From the NCBI GenBank assembly GCA_965238005.1, contig OZ250165.1, positions 2,496,001 through 2,560,000 on the forward strand: a DNA stretch of 64,000 nt. The letters run 5' to 3'. Made by a program: the position numbers and the translations under genes. Within the stretch, counting starts at the first letter, position 1; each line of letters begins with the position of its first letter. Shown here piece after piece: positions 1-8,008 of this stretch. Source of the stretch: Longimicrobiales bacterium. Its GTDB lineage: Bacteria > Gemmatimonadota > Gemmatimonadetes > Longimicrobiales > Gaopeijiaceae. The notes beneath the pieces were generated by a model. It saw only the letters and a list, made by a program, of their open reading frames with translations, ran no database searches and was not told where the DNA came from.

Positions 1-715
1 GGACGACCGCCAGTTCGACCGCAAGACCGGCATAACTAAGGAAGAGCGCCACCCACCGTTCTCCAGCGTATAGCCTCAGGCCGGGCACGGCCCGCAATGG
101 CCTCGACATCGCCAGCGGATAACCCTGCAGCCAATCCGGGGTCAGCTTGGCAATGCCTCCATAGAAGTAAACCAGCCCGATCTGCAATCGGAGCGTCCAG
201 AGAGCCCATTGGCCTATCTGGGGTCCGGGCTCCGAAAGGAATGGCCACGCGGGAAACCGGGCCTTCAGATAAGCATCGAGCGAGAGTTGCCGATGCGCCG
301 GGATCAGGACCATCAGTCCGGAGATGAGCACGACCAGGTAGATGTGATTGAGGTAGTTGCTCTGGTCGAGCAGGAGGACATATCCGATCGTGAGAAACAT
401 GCCCAGCGCGGCGAGGCGGTAACACAGCCCGAGCGCGACCATCACCGCCAACACCCCGATCAGGATGAAGTGGAGCTCCATCAGGGTCTGGCTTGGCCAC
501 GGCCGTACCCAGGAAAAGCCCGGGAACGTGAAGTACAGGTTCAGCCCCGTGTACATCAGCCGGATCCAATCATTCAGCCAGTACCGGAAGACCTCCCAGA
601 GCAGGATCGAGCCGAATGCGATGCGGAAGAACGTCACGGAGCTCGCGTCCAGCGGCGTGTACATCCATCGCAACAGCCGCTGAGTGCGGTCGGAATTCGC
701 TGGTTGATCCACCAT
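1..715 (-). CDS. HTTM-domain / vitamin K-dependent gamma-carboxylase-like membrane protein (runs off the left edge)
   Basis: Manual translation from ATG 715: ...PLDASSVTFFRIAFG...YLNHIYL...QIGLVYFYGGIAKLTPDWLQG. It is absent from the ORF track because there is no stop inside the window. Confidence 0.85.
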   Translation of the reverse strand, partial: MVDQPANSDRTQRLLRWMYTPLDASSVTFFRIAFGSILLWEVFRYWLNDWIRLMYTGLNLYFTFPGFSWVRPWPSQTLMELHFILIGVLAVMVALGLCYRLAALGMFLTIGYVLLLDQSNYLNHIYLVVLISGLMVLIPAHRQLSLDAYLKARFPAWPFLSEPGPQIGQWALWTLRLQIGLVYFYGGIAKLTPDWLQGYPLAMSRPLRAVPGLRLYAGERWVALFLSYAGLAVELAVV

Positions 716-1126
716 CGCTAGCTGGTGCAGTCGGAGTAGATCGGTCGAACGGCTGCCGGACGGGGTGCCGAGGTCATTCGGCAATGTAGCAGGCCGGTAC
801 TCGCAGGCGGAAGTCCGTCTACGCGCGCGGAATTACCGTCTACCGGTCGGGTCGGCCGTGGACGTCCCTTCCTTCAGACGGCACCTTCCGCCTCGTCTTG
901 CTCGCCGACCATAAGGCGAGGACGGTCACCGCCAGAAGCGAGAGCCTCAATGGCCAACGCGGGAAACCCAGTTCTCGCCAGATCACCGACATCTGTTCCG
1001 CTTCCTTCTGTCCCGTCGCACAGTATCTTGTCGTGGTCCCGTCACCACGTTCACGTGATCGAGGGCAGACCACCGGAGACGGGTCCATCCGTCCGCCGTC
1101 CGCATAAATCGTTGTGGTACAACCAG

Positions 1127-1210
1127 TGCCGGGAGGGGGACTCGAACCCCCAAGGGCCGAAGCCCGCCGGATTTTGAGTCCGGTGCGTCTACCAATTCCA
1201 CCATCCCGGC
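1127..1210 (-). tRNA. tRNA-Leu (CAA)
   Basis: GCCGGGATGGTGGAATTGGTAGAC...CCGGA-CTCAAAA-TCCGG, long variable arm, GGTTCGAGTCC T-loop, acceptor stem GCCGGGA/TCCCGGC; CCA not encoded. Confidence 0.96.
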
Positions 1211-1483
1211 AAGTGCTTATTCTATCAGCCTAAAGTGCCTCCCCCGACTGTCTGTTTCGTGCCTTCGGTAACAATCCCGGTAACGTATGGGTAACGCATT
1301 AGTCCAGTGCATCTAGGCGGTGACGTGCGCGCACAGATGTGCCGGAACATGATTCGCGATTCTCCTGCGCGGTCGCGATGCCGACCCGGCGCGGTGCCGT
1401 AAGCTGCCGCGGCGCCGGCGCGAGCCAGACGTGCCAGCGGGTGTCCTCCCGACCTGTTCCAAGGGGCACCGGCCCGGATCGCG

Positions 1484-2527
1484 CTAGGCACCGGTCGTGA
1501 CCCCCTTCACGAGCGGAATCACCTCCTCGGCGAACCGCTCCATCTCTTCATGTTGGGGCGAGAACTGAAGGAGAAGCAGGTCAAGACCGGCCGTCTCGAA
1601 CTCCATGATCCGTTCGGCCACCTGCTCCGGTGTGCCCACGAGTCCGCTTTGAAGCCCTCGGTTCGATACCGAGTAGTCCTCCAGGCTCACTCGGCGCTCG
1701 AGCTCGGTGTTGCCGATCCAGTCCTGATAGTTGGCGTATCCCTTGGCGCTCTGACGAACATCCGTGATTCTGCTCACCTCCTGGCGAGCTTCGTCCTCGC
1801 TGGCTCGTACGACGACGAAGCCCGCGGCACCGAACGCCATCGGCGGTAGTCCCAGGCGATCACGACGGGCTCGCATGTCGGTCACCTTGTCTGCGATCAC
1901 GTGCGGAGGATCACCGTGCGTCAGCCAGGCGTCACACTTCTCCGAGATCAGAGCCTTCCCCGCTGGAGACTCGCCGCCCGCGTACAACGTGGGGCGCGGC
2001 CGCTGGACCGGCTTCGGCTCGAGGATCGCCTCTTCGACCGAATAGAACTCGCCCGAGAACGAGAACACCGGCTCCGTCCACATGCCGTCCACTACCGGCA
2101 GCCACTCTCTTGTGCACTCATACCGCCTGTCGTGCTCGTCGAATCGGACGCCGTACTTGCGTGCCTCGGTTGCCCACCAGGACGACACGACGTTGAGGGA
2201 CAGCCGTCCGCCGCTGATCCGGTCGATGTTGGCCGCCTGTTTGGCCAGGAGGGCCGGCGCGTGAAAGGTCGGCCGCACGGCGACCATGATCTCGAGTCGC
2301 TCCGTCACCGCGGCCAGAGCCGCCGCAGTGCTCCACGCATCGAGGGACGGGGCGTCCATGCCCTTGATGTCATTGAGGTTGAGCTCTGCTACCAGCGTGA
2401 GATCGAAGCCGATCTCTTCGCTGCGGCAGGCGAGGCGACTGGTGTAGTCCCAAGTCGCCTCCATGCCTTCGTCATCGACGTTACGGAGCCACCCCCCGAA
2501 AACCGGCAGCCAGTAGCCGAACCTCAT
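1484..2527 (-). CDS. LLM-class flavin-dependent monooxygenase (SfnG/SsuD-like)
   Basis: MRFGYWLPVFGGW, AALAAVTERLEIMVAVRP, IDRISGGRLSLNVVS, PTLYAGGES, LVGTPEQVAERI. Confidence 0.85.
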   Translation of the reverse strand: MRFGYWLPVFGGWLRNVDDEGMEATWDYTSRLACRSEEIGFDLTLVAELNLNDIKGMDAPSLDAWSTAAALAAVTERLEIMVAVRPTFHAPALLAKQAANIDRISGGRLSLNVVSSWWATEARKYGVRFDEHDRRYECTREWLPVVDGMWTEPVFSFSGEFYSVEEAILEPKPVQRPRPTLYAGGESPAGKALISEKCDAWLTHGDPPHVIADKVTDMRARRDRLGLPPMAFGAAGFVVVRASEDEARQEVSRITDVRQSAKGYANYQDWIGNTELERRVSLEDYSVSNRGLQSGLVGTPEQVAERIMEFETAGLDLLLLQFSPQHEEMERFAEEVIPLVKGVTTGA

Positions 2528-3510
2528 CGCACACCGCCCGCTAGTGTGGACACAAGCCCGGCCTCCTGTTCGAGCCAGTCGGCCAGCTTCGCGAACGCGT
2601 CGAACCCGACGACCCTCGGCGCGTCGGCGACGAAGTTCGAGAGCGCGTTGATATCGTAGTAGTAGAGCTGGCCGTCCCGGTCATCGATCATGTACTCGAC
2701 GCCCCCGATCTCGATTCCGGAGGCCGTCATGATCCGCTCGACCTGCGAGACGATCTCGACGGGAGGCTCGTAGCCCTCCACCCGGAGGCTGTTTTCAGCG
2801 GCATCGGCCGAACAGGCGGAGCGCTCCAACTGGGTTCCATCCATGTCCAGGCTGACGTCGGCGGGGCAGAGATTGAAGTCAGTACCGTCCGTGTAGATAC
2901 GAATCGCGTAAAGGAACCGGCCGTCCAGTATCTCGACGCGGACGATGCGCCCGCCCTCGGCCGGAATGTGCTCCTGTACCAGGGCCGTGCGGTCGATCCC
3001 CAGATCCAGCTCGTCCACCGCGCTCTGGAGCTCTGCCAGCGTCTCGAAGCGGCGAACGCCGGCTCCGCTCCCGCCGATATTGGGCTTGACCACTATGGGG
3101 AAGCGGAGCCCACGAGCCGCGCCAGGCGCACCGGCGGCGTCGTGGATCACTTTCGCCCTCGGATAGGTCAGGTCCAGGCGCTCGAGCACCGAGAGCTGAT
3201 AGGCCTTGGAGATCTCCGTCTGCCATGCCTGCCATCCGTTGATGACGCGTACGCCCGATTGATGCAGGTGGGCCAGGTAATGCGATGTGTAGAGAATCGC
3301 GCTGCCCGCGTCCCTCAGGTACGCGGATGGGCTCATCCGGTTGAACACCAGGGAGTATGGTACCTCGGTGTCGCCCGGGTCGTAGCTCAGCGTGGCGGCG
3401 TCCAGCTTGACAAACGGTATCCCGCGTCGGTCCAGCTCTTCGAAGAGCGGCCTGAACCAGTAGGGATGCTCGAAGTAGATCGCGAGGGATCGTTCGTCAG
3501 CGATGGGCAT
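2524..3510 (-). CDS. ATP-grasp domain protein (RimK/glutathione synthetase-like)
   Basis: PIVVKPNIGGSGAGV, ALVQEHIP, YYYDINALSNF; GGAGG RBS before ATG 3510; overlaps the LLM gene start by 4 nt. Confidence 0.8.
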   Translation of the reverse strand: MPIADERSLAIYFEHPYWFRPLFEELDRRGIPFVKLDAATLSYDPGDTEVPYSLVFNRMSPSAYLRDAGSAILYTSHYLAHLHQSGVRVINGWQAWQTEISKAYQLSVLERLDLTYPRAKVIHDAAGAPGAARGLRFPIVVKPNIGGSGAGVRRFETLAELQSAVDELDLGIDRTALVQEHIPAEGGRIVRVEILDGRFLYAIRIYTDGTDFNLCPADVSLDMDGTQLERSACSADAAENSLRVEGYEPPVEIVSQVERIMTASGIEIGGVEYMIDDRDGQLYYYDINALSNFVADAPRVVGFDAFAKLADWLEQEAGLVSTLAGGVR

Positions 3511-3651
3511 GATGGGTACCTCCCGTCCCGGTTTGGAGCCTCGCTGCGCTGCTCGTGCCCGCGGCGAATGCAATCGCCTCGAGGGCGCTCCGTTCGACAC
3601 GCTCGACGAGGGCCGGGTCCGCCCGTTCGTTCGTCATTCGACCGACAGGCA

Positions 3652-3690
3652 ACAAAAAACCCGGCCCCTCTCCGCGGAGAGAAGCCGGGT
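3652..3690 (-). terminator. Intrinsic terminator-like hairpin upstream of the ATP-grasp gene
   Basis: Minus strand ACCCGGCTTCTCTCCGCGGAGAGGGGCCGGGTTTTTTGTT: GC stem followed by a T run. Confidence 0.6.
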
Positions 3691-4664
3691 AATACAATGA
3701 CAGTTTAAGGGTTCGCAGGCCAGGGTATGACTGGACGGGAGGAGAACCGGAATATATCCGCTGCGGCTAGAACTTCGCCGCGAACGTCAGCTCCGTCAGT
3801 CGCTGGTGTCGGAAACCAACGCTTGGACTCTCACCGTTGGTGTATTTGAGAGACACGCCAGCCCGCCTCCCGGCAGCCGTTCGCACGAACCACACGTTCG
3901 CGTTCACCTTCACGAGCCCGTGACCGGGGGTTAGCCGATCAGGATCGGCACGGTCTATCAAGTCGTAGACGTAGGAGTACTCGACGTTCAGTTCGAGCCG
4001 TTCTGACAACTGCGAAGGCAGCGGAAGCAGCTCCGCCCGCACCCGAGTGACTGCCCGGACGACGGAGCCTTCCAGAGAATCGACCGCCGCGCTCAGCACG
4101 CCCTCGTGCTCGAGACCGATGTACGGGCTGTAGGTGAACTGCATCGCCGTGCCGAAGCGCGTCGGGACATTCGGGAGAAACAGAGTTCGGAGAACGCCGC
4201 CCCGGCCGCGCGCTACCGGCGTGAAGAGCAGGTTCGTCTGCATCGCCTTGGTGGAGCGAACGAAGTCGTTCTTGTAGTTGGCGCGCAAAACCAGGACAGC
4301 ACTCCACGGTTGCTCTTCCGCCTCCGCATCCTGAGTCTGCCAGTCCATCGCCAGCCCCAGCATAAAGACATTCTGCCGCTTCTTGATGTTCGTGTGCCGT
4401 CGGTATTCGACCTACGGGCCGATATCGACCTTCCGGCCCAAACTCCCGAAACCGAGGTCGACCCGCATGGCTGCCCGGATGCTGTACGAAGGGGTGGTAT
4501 CACCTGGTAGGAGGACGCTAAACGACGCCGGCCGAGATCGTCCCAGCTTGCCCGAGAACGATTCCCGGAAGCTGAGACGCTCCCAGATCTTCTTCCCCTT
4601 TTAGCGCCCACGGTTTCTCTGGACAGTAGATTGGCAAAGAGAGCGGGTCCAGAGAGAAAGGGAC

Positions 4665-5027
4665 GTGATGGCCCAGAAGCCGAGGGAAAAGAAGGCGACC
4701 GAAGGTCGTGAGAAGGTACCCGAGCGGTGGAGCGCACAGCATAAGACGGAGGTGGTGCTGCGCCTGCTGCGGGGGGAGGATCTGGTGGAGGTCAGCCGCG
4801 AGGTGCAGGTCTCACCACCGGAGTTGGAGGAATGGCGGCGGGTGTTTCTGGAGACCGGTCAGCAGGGGCTGAGGCGCCGGGGCCGGGACCCTGGAGAACG
4901 AGAGCTGACCCGGACCCAGGCGAAGCTGGGAGAGTTGACGATGCGACTGGAGCTTGCGAGAGAGCTCCTGGAAAAAAGGGGGTACGGGGACGAGCTACGG
5001 ACGCTCTTGAAGCGTGGACGCGAGTGA
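4665..5027 (+). CDS. IS3-family transposase OrfA (HTH)
   Basis: RWSAQHKTEVVLRLLRGE...LEEWRRVFLE followed by a coiled-coil tail; A6G run near 4972. Confidence 0.8.
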   Translation: MMAQKPREKKATEGREKVPERWSAQHKTEVVLRLLRGEDLVEVSREVQVSPPELEEWRRVFLETGQQGLRRRGRDPGERELTRTQAKLGELTMRLELARELLEKRGYGDELRTLLKRGRE

Positions 5028-5907
5028 GTCCGGGGACCGGGCGGCCCTACCCTCTGACGATGATCTGCGAGGCCTGGCGGGTGGGGCGCTCGACGGTCTA
5101 TGCGGCCCGGGATCGAGAAGAGAGCGAGGGGCCGGCAGAGCCGAAGAAACGAGGACCGAAGACGAAGCTGAGCGACGAGGAGTTGGTAGAGGAGATCCGA
5201 CAGGTGCTGAAGCAGAGCGACTTCCTGGGCGAGGGTCATCGAAAGGTGAGGGCGCGCCTGAGGCCGAAGGGGATCCATGTGGGCAAGAACCGCGTGCTCA
5301 GGCTGATGCGGGAGAATGGGCTGCTGGCCCCTGTACGACGCGGGAAGCATCCGCATGGGGACCGGAGCCACAGTGGCCGGATCACGACGGACGTGCCGAA
5401 CGAGCTGTGGGGCACGGACGCGACGCGGTTCTACACGAAGGAGGATGGGTGGTGCTGGTTTTCGTGGCGGTGGATCACTGCGTCACGGACGTGGTGGGCT
5501 GGCACGTGGCGAAGAAGGGCGATCGGTGGGCAGCGCTCGAGCCGATCCGCCAGGGCGTACGGACCCACATGGACGACTACGCGCCCAAGATCGCTCTGGG
5601 GCTCGGCCTACGGCACGACTGGGGACCGCAGTACACGGCGCATCAGTTCCAGGGGGAGCTGGCCTGGCTCGGGATCCGCTCGACGGCCTCGTACGTGGGA
5701 GAGCCGGAGTGCAACGGCGTCGCAGAGCGCTTCATGCGGACGCTGAAGGAGGAGTGCTTGTACCTCCACGACTTCAAGAGTCTCGAGGAGGCCAGACAGG
5801 AGATCGACGCGTTTATCGAACGCTACAACCGCGGGTGGCTCCTAGAGCGGCATGGGTATCGGACCCCGGCCCAGGTCCGTCAGGAGCTCACCCTGAAGGC
5901 GGCTTGA
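5024..5907 (+). pseudogene. IS3-family transposase OrfB (rve/DDE), frameshifted near 5460
   Basis: LWGTDATRF lies in one frame; VAVDH, LRHDWGPQY and NGVAERFMRTLKEE lie in another; the shift is at the T run 5459-5462. Confidence 0.8.
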
Positions 5908-6173
5908 TTAGGCCGCCGACTTGTCCAGCAAACCGGAACCGGTACACCCTGGCCCAGGGCTTCTGTGCTGGAGCACAGTACTAGGGCCAAGACGATGAGT
6001 AGCGTCGGTCTCGCCATGGGTCGGGTCAGCTATCGGACTATATCGGACTCGATGCGCACACGCCAGTCAATTTCCAGCTCTTCACAAACCTGAAGTTAAC
6101 GCCGCGCTAGCCAAAACTAGCCAAAACCGTAAGGCTTCCGCGGCGTCCCTCCTGCCGAAGGCACGACGTAGAG

Positions 6174-6356
6174 TTGCTGATTGGGAGTGGAAGGGGGGTC
6201 GGGCTGAGGTCTTTGGAAGACGACGGCGGAACGACCTGGGACGCCGTGACCGACGGACAGATCAACAGCGCCTCGGTCGGCGCCGTCAGGTATGCGAGGC
6301 CAAACCTGGCGCCGCTCCGCCAGCTCAACGAGCAGGTGGCCAACTCGTGGATGTAG
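6174..6356 (+). pseudogene. Tiny remnant of a VPS10/BNR-repeat hydrolase gene
   Basis: DDGGTTWDAVTDGQINSASVGAV (N-terminal BNR motif, compare 14698..17151) is joined directly to NLAPLRQL (post-propeller motif). Confidence 0.45.
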
Positions 6357-6427
6357 AGGAGATCGGACGGGCAGCCGCCGCCGTCCGGGCGCGTTTCGCC
6401 CGAGACCTCCTAAGATCGCACGCCGCC

Positions 6428-6817
6428 TTACCGGGTCCGGACCATGATGATCCCGCCCGGGTGCCCCGACCCGTACCGCATCTCTGCCTCAGATCGATCG
6501 AGGAACTGCATCTGCTGGACCGTGGAGGCGATGATCTGCCGCAGGATTTCGGGGCCGTTTCCGTAGTGCAACTCGTCCACGTAGACCTGGGGAACGCTCG
6601 CTCTCGCATTACCGATGTCGATCGTTCCGCGGGCCTGGAGCCAGAGCGGCCGTAAAATCCGCACCAACTCGTACGCTTCAGTAACATTGTCCACCGTCCT
6701 GATCTCCTCGAAGGTGATCAGGCTCCGCCTCCCGCCGGCTCCCCCACCACCCACACCGCCGCTGGCGCAGGCGGTGAGGCCGGTGTTCAGAGCCAGGGCC
6801 AGGATGAGATATCGCAT
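6428..6817 (-). CDS. Small lipoprotein resembling a stand-alone TonB-receptor plug domain
   Basis: Lipobox LTAC; LITFEEI...AYELVRILRPLWL...PQVYVD...AEMRYGSGHPGGIIMVRTR parallels the plug signature. Confidence 0.7.
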   Translation of the reverse strand: MRYLILALALNTGLTACASGGVGGGGAGGRRSLITFEEIRTVDNVTEAYELVRILRPLWLQARGTIDIGNARASVPQVYVDELHYGNGPEILRQIIASTVQQMQFLDRSEAEMRYGSGHPGGIIMVRTR

Positions 6818-6921
6818 GATGTTCCGTGGTGCCCTTTCCCGAGAGGCGGTGGAGGCGAACGTCCCGGACGCCCGCCCAGAAGAGCCACCGCCCCTCAGCG
6901 TCGAAGCCGGATGCTCGCCCA

Positions 6922-7770
6922 TCACCACTGATTGTCCAGGACGTTGGTGACCTTGGTATTCCCCGGGCCCGGAGTGGCACTGAAGCCGGTGCTCTGCACG
7001 ATGAACGAGCGAACCTCGCCTGCGCCGAGTGAGACTGTCCCCGTCCACAGCATGGTCCCGTCGTCACGCCACATCGTCAGCGTATAACTTCCCGGCGGAG
7101 GATTGACGAAGGCGCTGGTGTCGCGGTAGTCTACCGGATCGGTGTCATCGTCCGCGGTGAACGTTTGCGCCCCCACGAAAGTCGCGGAGATCCCGGCTCC
7201 CCCTCCGTCCGCACTCGCAAAGGGCGCGGCGTTGATCATCTTTACGCGGGCCATACCGGAAACCGGCTCGAACTGGTCGTCGGGAAACCACTCAAACGGG
7301 AAAGAACCAGCTGGCGTCCGGCCCGTGGGCGGCGCAATACCCGCGACTATTATCGTGTGGGGTATGGGCGTGACGTATAGCGTCACCGTATACGGCGCAA
7401 ATTCGTTTTGATAGAGTGAGTTGGTAGTGCCGGTTATTCGCGAAAGGAAGGTGTGGACGGCTTCCTCCACCGCCGAGTAGCCCGCCGATGATGCCCTGCC
7501 TGCGGGGAAGCCGGCTGTACCGGTCGTCATGGAGTTGGGCGCTATGGTGGCCGCGCCGGGCACCGAGGTCGACTCGTCGACCAGAAAATCAATCGACACC
7601 GGGACAGCCGTTGCGGCGTCCGCTCCTTGATAAGCGGAGTTGACGACGCGGATCCGTGATGAATGGCCCTCATCCTCCGGCGTAATGTCCTGGTTGCATG
7701 CGACGGTGGTGAAGCTGGCCAATAGCGCAACCAGCGAAGAGGTGCGCCAAGCAAACGTCAATCTGAACAT
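6922..7770 (-). CDS. Lipoprotein, DUF4397-like
   Basis: Lipobox TVAC; repeated SRIRVVNS / ARVKMINAAP beta-sandwich starts; GGAGG RBS. Confidence 0.65.
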   Translation of the reverse strand: MFRLTFAWRTSSLVALLASFTTVACNQDITPEDEGHSSRIRVVNSAYQGADAATAVPVSIDFLVDESTSVPGAATIAPNSMTTGTAGFPAGRASSAGYSAVEEAVHTFLSRITGTTNSLYQNEFAPYTVTLYVTPIPHTIIVAGIAPPTGRTPAGSFPFEWFPDDQFEPVSGMARVKMINAAPFASADGGGAGISATFVGAQTFTADDDTDPVDYRDTSAFVNPPPGSYTLTMWRDDGTMLWTGTVSLGAGEVRSFIVQSTGFSATPGPGNTKVTNVLDNQW

Positions 7771-7885
7771 GTCAAGCCTCCCTGTATTTATAGGTCCCGG
7801 GTGAGCGCCTCAAGAGGACGACACCGAGTGCGACATCATATGAGGGCAACGCGAATCGAACATTGCGTCCTTACGTATCTGGCGA

Positions 7886-7932
7886 TGGTCGCGAGCGCGC
7901 TGGTTTACCAAACCAAGTAGCGCTCGCGACCA
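7886..7932. terminator. 13-bp inverted repeat between the receptor and lipoprotein genes (terminator or mRNA-stabilising hairpin)
   Basis: TGGTCGCGAGCGC...GCGCTCGCGACCA. Confidence 0.45.
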
Positions 7933-7936
7933 ACGC

Positions 7937-7990
7937 GCAGTCCTATAAGAACTTGCAGTCCTATAAGAACTTGCAGTCCTATAAGAACTT
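7937..7990. repeat. Three perfect 18-bp tandem repeats
   Basis: (GCAGTCCTATAAGAACTT)x3. Confidence 0.95.
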
Positions 7991-8008
7991 ATAGATCCGC
8001 TTTACTTC

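Larger units (their letters stand above)
4600..5946 (+). mobile_element. IS3-family insertion sequence
   Basis: Imperfect terminal inverted repeats (TTTAGCGCCCACGGTTTCTCTGGACA vs TGTACCGGTTCCGGTTTGCTGGACA), CCCT direct repeats at 4596-4599 and 5947-5950, orfA plus DDE orfB. Confidence 0.9.
3767..6017 (-). pseudogene. Exported protein (possible outer-membrane beta-barrel) split by an IS and carrying an in-frame TAG
   Basis: Signal peptide MARPTLLIVLALVLCSSTEALGQ (6017-5947) rejoins in frame with GKKIWERLSF... once the IS and one CCCT copy are removed. TAG at 4412-4414; C-terminus ELTFAAKF. Confidence 0.75.

Noticed and set aside
840..1126. Integrative element attachment site at tRNA-Leu (palindrome GTTGT-GGT-ACAAC at 1111-1123) and a short hydrophobic ORF fragment
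   Set aside because: I saw no integrase and no duplicated tRNA 3' end in the window, so support is too weak.
3690..3770. SAM-I riboswitch aptamer upstream of the ATP-grasp gene
   Set aside because: Only a terminator-like hairpin is visible; I could not find the aptamer core.
7937..7990. Direct repeats as a mini CRISPR array
   Set aside because: The 18-bp units are contiguous with no spacers, and there are no cas genes in the window.
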